A stretch of 64,000 bases of DNA from Alphaproteobacteria bacterium (GTDB lineage: Bacteria; Pseudomonadota; Alphaproteobacteria; MPNO01; UBA830). Positions 60,365-64,000 of the stretch are shown here, in pieces. Under the pieces are notes generated by a model. The model was not told the origin of the DNA. It was given only the letters and a program-made list of their open reading frames with translations, and made no database searches. The stretch's first letter is position 1. Each line of letters opens with the position of its first letter. Position numbers and translations under genes: made by a program. Where the stretch lies: assembly GCA_964291215.2 (NCBI GenBank), contig OZ219790.1, positions 2,530,588-2,594,587 on the forward strand, in the 5' to 3' direction.

Positions 60365-62104
60365 ATGGGAATTATGAAATATGTGACCTTGGCGGCGCTG
60401 GCCGCTGCGGGTCTGGCGCTCGCGGGCTGCGGTGGCGGGTCGAAGAAGCCGGTCGCGATGGGCAACCAGCAGATGGAGATGACGGACGCCCAGAAGGCGC
60501 AGGCGGCCTACGACGCCGCCGCGGCAGCCGAGACGGCGGCGATGACGGCCAGGAAGACAGCGGAAGATCAGCTGGCCGCGGTCAAGAAGGCGGTCGAGCC
60601 GCCCCAATTCGCTCGGCAACTCTACTATACAGGCGGCGACAGCTCGGTGGTCCGGACCAACGCCGCGCTCGTGGCGGCCGCGAAGGCGGCGGCCGACAAG
60701 GCGCTGGCGGACGCCAAGACGGCGCTGACGGCGGCCGAGAAGGCGCAGACGGACCTGAACGCCCTGCCGGCCGGCACGACCGGCCTTGCGGCGCAGAAGA
60801 AGGTGGTCATGGGTCAGGTCGAAACAGTGAAAGCGGAGATCAAGGCCATCGAGAAGACCCTGACCGGGGCCGGCACGATCGGAGACTATTTCTCGAGGGT
60901 CGATACCGAGGCGGAAATCAAGGACCGCGCCGGCGAAACCCTCGCTACCACCGCTGGCTTCAACAACCTTGATTCAACAAGGCCCGCGAGGCGGATGCTT
61001 GCTGCCTTGTCGCCTGAGGCCACAGCTCGTTCCGGCTCGACCCGCACCGGCGGTTACGATGGCCAATCCACGGCTATGTGGATTCAAAGGCCGTCAAATC
61101 TCTTCAAAACAGCCAGCAGTACTCCGCCGACGAAGGTCATCGCCACCGGGGATAACGCCGATCGGAGATCCCTGTTCTATCACAAGTATGACGACGGCGA
61201 ACTCCCGGCCGGCGTCATGACCTGGGAGCAGATTGCCGCCAAGGATGGGATGCTCGTGAAGAAGGCCTTCGGCACCGACAACATGGATGTCGATGTCCTG
61301 CCCCTTGCCGGGATGCCCCTGTCCTCACTCACCGGCTCGGATGGAACGGTCCTGACGACGTATCCCACCGACATCTCCGGGGACCAGTATTACAAGGGGG
61401 TCAAGGGGACGCTGTATTGCCAGGGCACATGCTCTGCCCCGGGCGGCAAGCTGACCGGCAAGCTGTTCTTCAAGGCGGCCGACGAATTCGACGATAGCTA
61501 CGCGGGCCACTATCGCTACTACTGGATAACGCCGAGGAACTCCCACTACACGCAGTGGAGTGAATATGCCCGCTACGGGTACTGGCTGGCTGGAGATGAC
61601 ACCGCCAGAACCAGGGTCCATGTCATCGCAGACAGCCCTGCCCCCGAGCGCGGGGATTTAGGCGTGAACTCCAATCTGCCCGCCACCGCCACCTACAAGG
61701 GCGAAGCCTTAGGCCTGTCGGCGCTGAAGCTCTACAACGCCGGCGAGCACACGGGGCAGAAGTCCGCACGGTTCACGGCGGATGTGACGCTCAACGCCAA
61801 GTTCGGGGAGGAAGGCGCCCGTAAAATGGGAGGCAAGATCGACAACTTCAAGGGGAATGCCGTCAACGAGAACTGGAGCGTCAAGCTCGCGGAGGGCGCG
61901 CACGACAGCTTCGATGTCGAAGGCCTGGCCACGGGTTCCAGCGGCAGCACCGCCTTCGACAAGCCCGGCAGTTGGCAGGCTGGAGCCTTCCACCAGGGCG
62001 GCCCTGGCCGCCCGGCCGGCATGATAGGCACCTTCATCGCCCACTTCGTGGACGGGAGCGCCACCGGCGGATTTTCGACGAGGATACAGGCGCCGGCAGA
62101 GTAG
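60365..62104 (+). CDS. Surface lipoprotein with Ala-rich coiled coil and TbpB-like C-terminal barrel
   Basis: Lipobox LAGC-GGGS; YGYWL, ATYKGEALG, FTADVTLNAKF, GKIDNF, GSWQAGAF, GTFIAHF..GGF. Confidence 0.78.
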   Translation: MGIMKYVTLAALAAAGLALAGCGGGSKKPVAMGNQQMEMTDAQKAQAAYDAAAAAETAAMTARKTAEDQLAAVKKAVEPPQFARQLYYTGGDSSVVRTNAALVAAAKAAADKALADAKTALTAAEKAQTDLNALPAGTTGLAAQKKVVMGQVETVKAEIKAIEKTLTGAGTIGDYFSRVDTEAEIKDRAGETLATTAGFNNLDSTRPARRMLAALSPEATARSGSTRTGGYDGQSTAMWIQRPSNLFKTASSTPPTKVIATGDNADRRSLFYHKYDDGELPAGVMTWEQIAAKDGMLVKKAFGTDNMDVDVLPLAGMPLSSLTGSDGTVLTTYPTDISGDQYYKGVKGTLYCQGTCSAPGGKLTGKLFFKAADEFDDSYAGHYRYYWITPRNSHYTQWSEYARYGYWLAGDDTARTRVHVIADSPAPERGDLGVNSNLPATATYKGEALGLSALKLYNAGEHTGQKSARFTADVTLNAKFGEEGARKMGGKIDNFKGNAVNENWSVKLAEGAHDSFDVEGLATGSSGSTAFDKPGSWQAGAFHQGGPGRPAGMIGTFIAHFVDGSATGGFSTRIQAPAE

Positions 62105-62127
62105 CCTGCTCCCGAGCATCGGCGTTC

Positions 62128-62166
62128 AGGCCCCGGCCGCTTCGCGCGGCCGGGGCCTTCTTTCCT
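62128..62166 (+). terminator. Rho-independent terminator
   Basis: AGGCCCCGGCCGC-TTCGC-GCGGCCGGGGCCT followed by TCTTT. Confidence 0.7.
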
Positions 62167-62217
62167 CCGGCGCCCTCCGGGCGGCCGGAGGTTCCCCTTG
62201 CACGGACAGGGGTTTTC

Positions 62218-62607
62218 ATGCGCATACCCGCTCTCGTCATTGCCGCCGGGCTGTGCCTGTTCGCCGCCGCGGCCCACGGCCAGGACGCGACCGGCCCGCG
62301 GTTCCGGGCGGGCATGGAGGCGCTTGCCGCCGCGCAGGCCGCCGCGGACCGGGATGCCCGCGACGGGAAGCTCGACGAGGCGATTGCGGCGTTCCGGGCC
62401 ATCTTGGTGGACCGCTCGGAACTGGTGCGGGTGCGTCTCGAACTCGCACACGCCTTCTTCCTGAAGGAGGAGGACAGCCTGGCGCGGCGGCATTTCGAAC
62501 AGGTGCTGGCGGGGACGCCGGCGGCGGCCGCCAACATCCGGCGCTTCCTCGACATCATGCGCGCGCGGCGGCGCTGGGAGGCGCATTTCGGCCTGGCGGC
62601 AGGATAG
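62218..62607 (+). pseudogene. Slam / type XI secretion outer-membrane protein, N-terminal TPR part only
   Basis: Signal peptide; LDEAIAAFRAIL..RVRLELAHAFF..ARRHFEQVL..NIRRFL..RRRW; stops before the barrel, next to IS DNA. Confidence 0.7.
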
Positions 62608-62690
62608 TCTTACGCTAAATTCTGTCTGATTTTTCAAGACAGTACCTGGGCTTTGCGGGGTTGCGGGTTGGTGCGGGAGATTTTTTTACA

Positions 62691-63879
62691 CCCCCGTTCC
62701 ATAGTGAAGTGCAACACATGATGGGCTGTGGCCATGTGTTTTTAGACGCATGATGTTGCGGAGCTGTCCAGCAGCGGCGAGAGTTCCTGTACAAGATGGA
62801 GGGAGCTTGTTCATGTCCAAAGGCTACCGTCACCTACGAAGAGCGATGCCAGATTGAGGCAGAAAAGCGGTCTTTCACAAGGTGCGATTGCTCGGCAGCT
62901 GGGCCGATCAACAATTTTCCGGGAGATCAAGCGCAACACCGGGGGACGGGGTTACCGTCACAAGCAGGCGCAAAGGATGGCAGAAACGCAGGGCAGCCTC
63001 GTCTGTTTCCTGGCGGTTGACGCCTCGGGTTGAAGCTCAGAAAAAGCTGCGGGAGGGCCCCGAGCAGCGGCCGTTTTCGACTGGAGGGCCGTGGGTCGGC
63101 AACGGATCCATGATCGCCGAAGATCGGAGAGCCGGGGGCGTCTTGAAGCTTCGGCGGCGCGGCAAGAAGCCGAACTGGAAGGGCGGATGCCATTCTGGCC
63201 GGGTGGACATTTCCGAGCGCCCTGCGAAGGCAAAGAAACGGGTCGGCGACTGGGAGCCATCATCGGCAAAGCTCACAGTGGAGCTGTCGTGTCGCTCGTG
63301 CCACGAAATACACCTTGCTGGGTGGACAGAAAGACACGGTCGGTATGATCCGCCTGCTCGGCTCTGGTGCGCTATTGGTCCACACAATCACAACGGCAAA
63401 GAGTTCGCAGACCACAGGCGTGTCGCTGAAGTACTTGACGCAGATTTCTTCTTCGCCTTTCCATTCCTGGGAGCGCGGCTTGAATGAGCACACCAACGGC
63501 CTGGTGCGGGAGTACTTCCCGAAGGGCGCGGACTTTCGCGCGACATGCAACGAAGATGTTCAGAAGGTGCGGCTCAACACTCGGAAAGTCCCGGGATCGC
63601 CGACGGAGGTAATCTTGAAGTGAAACCGCCCTGACCATCTGCGCCATGTTCCGCAGCCGCAACGTGCAGCAGGGTCCATGCCGCGCGACGGCGAAATAGT
63701 GGCTTGAAGCCGACAAAGGCGTTGCATAAGCTCGATGTTGAAGGAACTGAAGCTGTTCCCAGGCGGAATCGAGAGGGGCAGAGGGGAAAAATTTGCGCAA
63801 TACCCGGCCCTCATCTCCGTTCGGGCTACGCCCTCACTGCGATGAGGGCCGGGTGTTGCACTTCAGACTGGAAGTGGGG
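62691..63879 (+). mobile_element. Degenerate IS30-family element
   Basis: TIRs ..TGAAGTGCAACAC / GTGTTGCACTTCA..; DISERP, VGDWE, NGKEFADH, HSWERGLNEHTNGLVREYFPKG. Confidence 0.85.
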
Positions 63880-63884
63880 CATTC

Positions 63885-64000
63885 ATTGAACGCGCCCTCG
63901 TCGCAGTTAAGCAGGGCGTTGATTACCTTTTGCGACAGGTGCGAGCCCTTGATCTCCGAAAGTTCTGCCCGTTCGTCCAGGGTCACCACGTAGCGTTTCA
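63885..64000 (-). mobile_element. IS630-family transposase N-terminal (HTH) fragment
   Basis: KRYVVTLDERAELSEIKGSHLSQKVINALLNCDEG. Confidence 0.5.

Noticed and set aside
1-64000. CRISPR array, tRNA or rRNA
   Set aside because: No regularly spaced repeat-spacer run or recognisable RNA gene seen by eye; the repeats at 15039-15113 have only two units.

Overview
High-GC window, probably from an Alphaproteobacterium (Rhodospirillales-like hslVU divergent from hisB-hisH-GNAT-hisA-hisF; alphaproteobacterial-type LexA box). Left to right: (1) a mukF-mukE-mukB operon running off the left edge, beside a tyrosine-recombinase remnant; (2) a cluster of decayed IS elements (IS1380, ISAs1 with DUF4338, IS110, IS1634, and two IS66 types that each carry an N6-adenine methyltransferase gene); (3) a plasmid/ICE leading-region-like block (tandem zinc-ribbon protein, ssb, DUF2493, a 153-nt hairpin); (4) a catabolic island (SRPBCC, XRE-cupin regulator, TRAP transporter, hydantoinase/oxoprolinase A+B, kynureninase, CDGSH-cupin fusion, Rieske oxygenase alpha/beta); (5) core genes hslUV and hisBHAF; (6) an ~18 kb minus-strand operon joining an R64-like type IVb pilus (pilins lacking Glu+5, two PilV-like fibres, a CFI-box-CTERM protein) to only dotD-dotC-dotB-icmT, headed by a tandem-HTH gene with a predicted LexA box; (7) more IS66-MTase copies with a group II intron remnant; (8) a TbpB-like lipoprotein and a truncated Slam (type XI secretion), then IS30/IS630 remnants. 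No rRNA, tRNA or CRISPR array was seen. All family assignments are by motif recognition, not database search.
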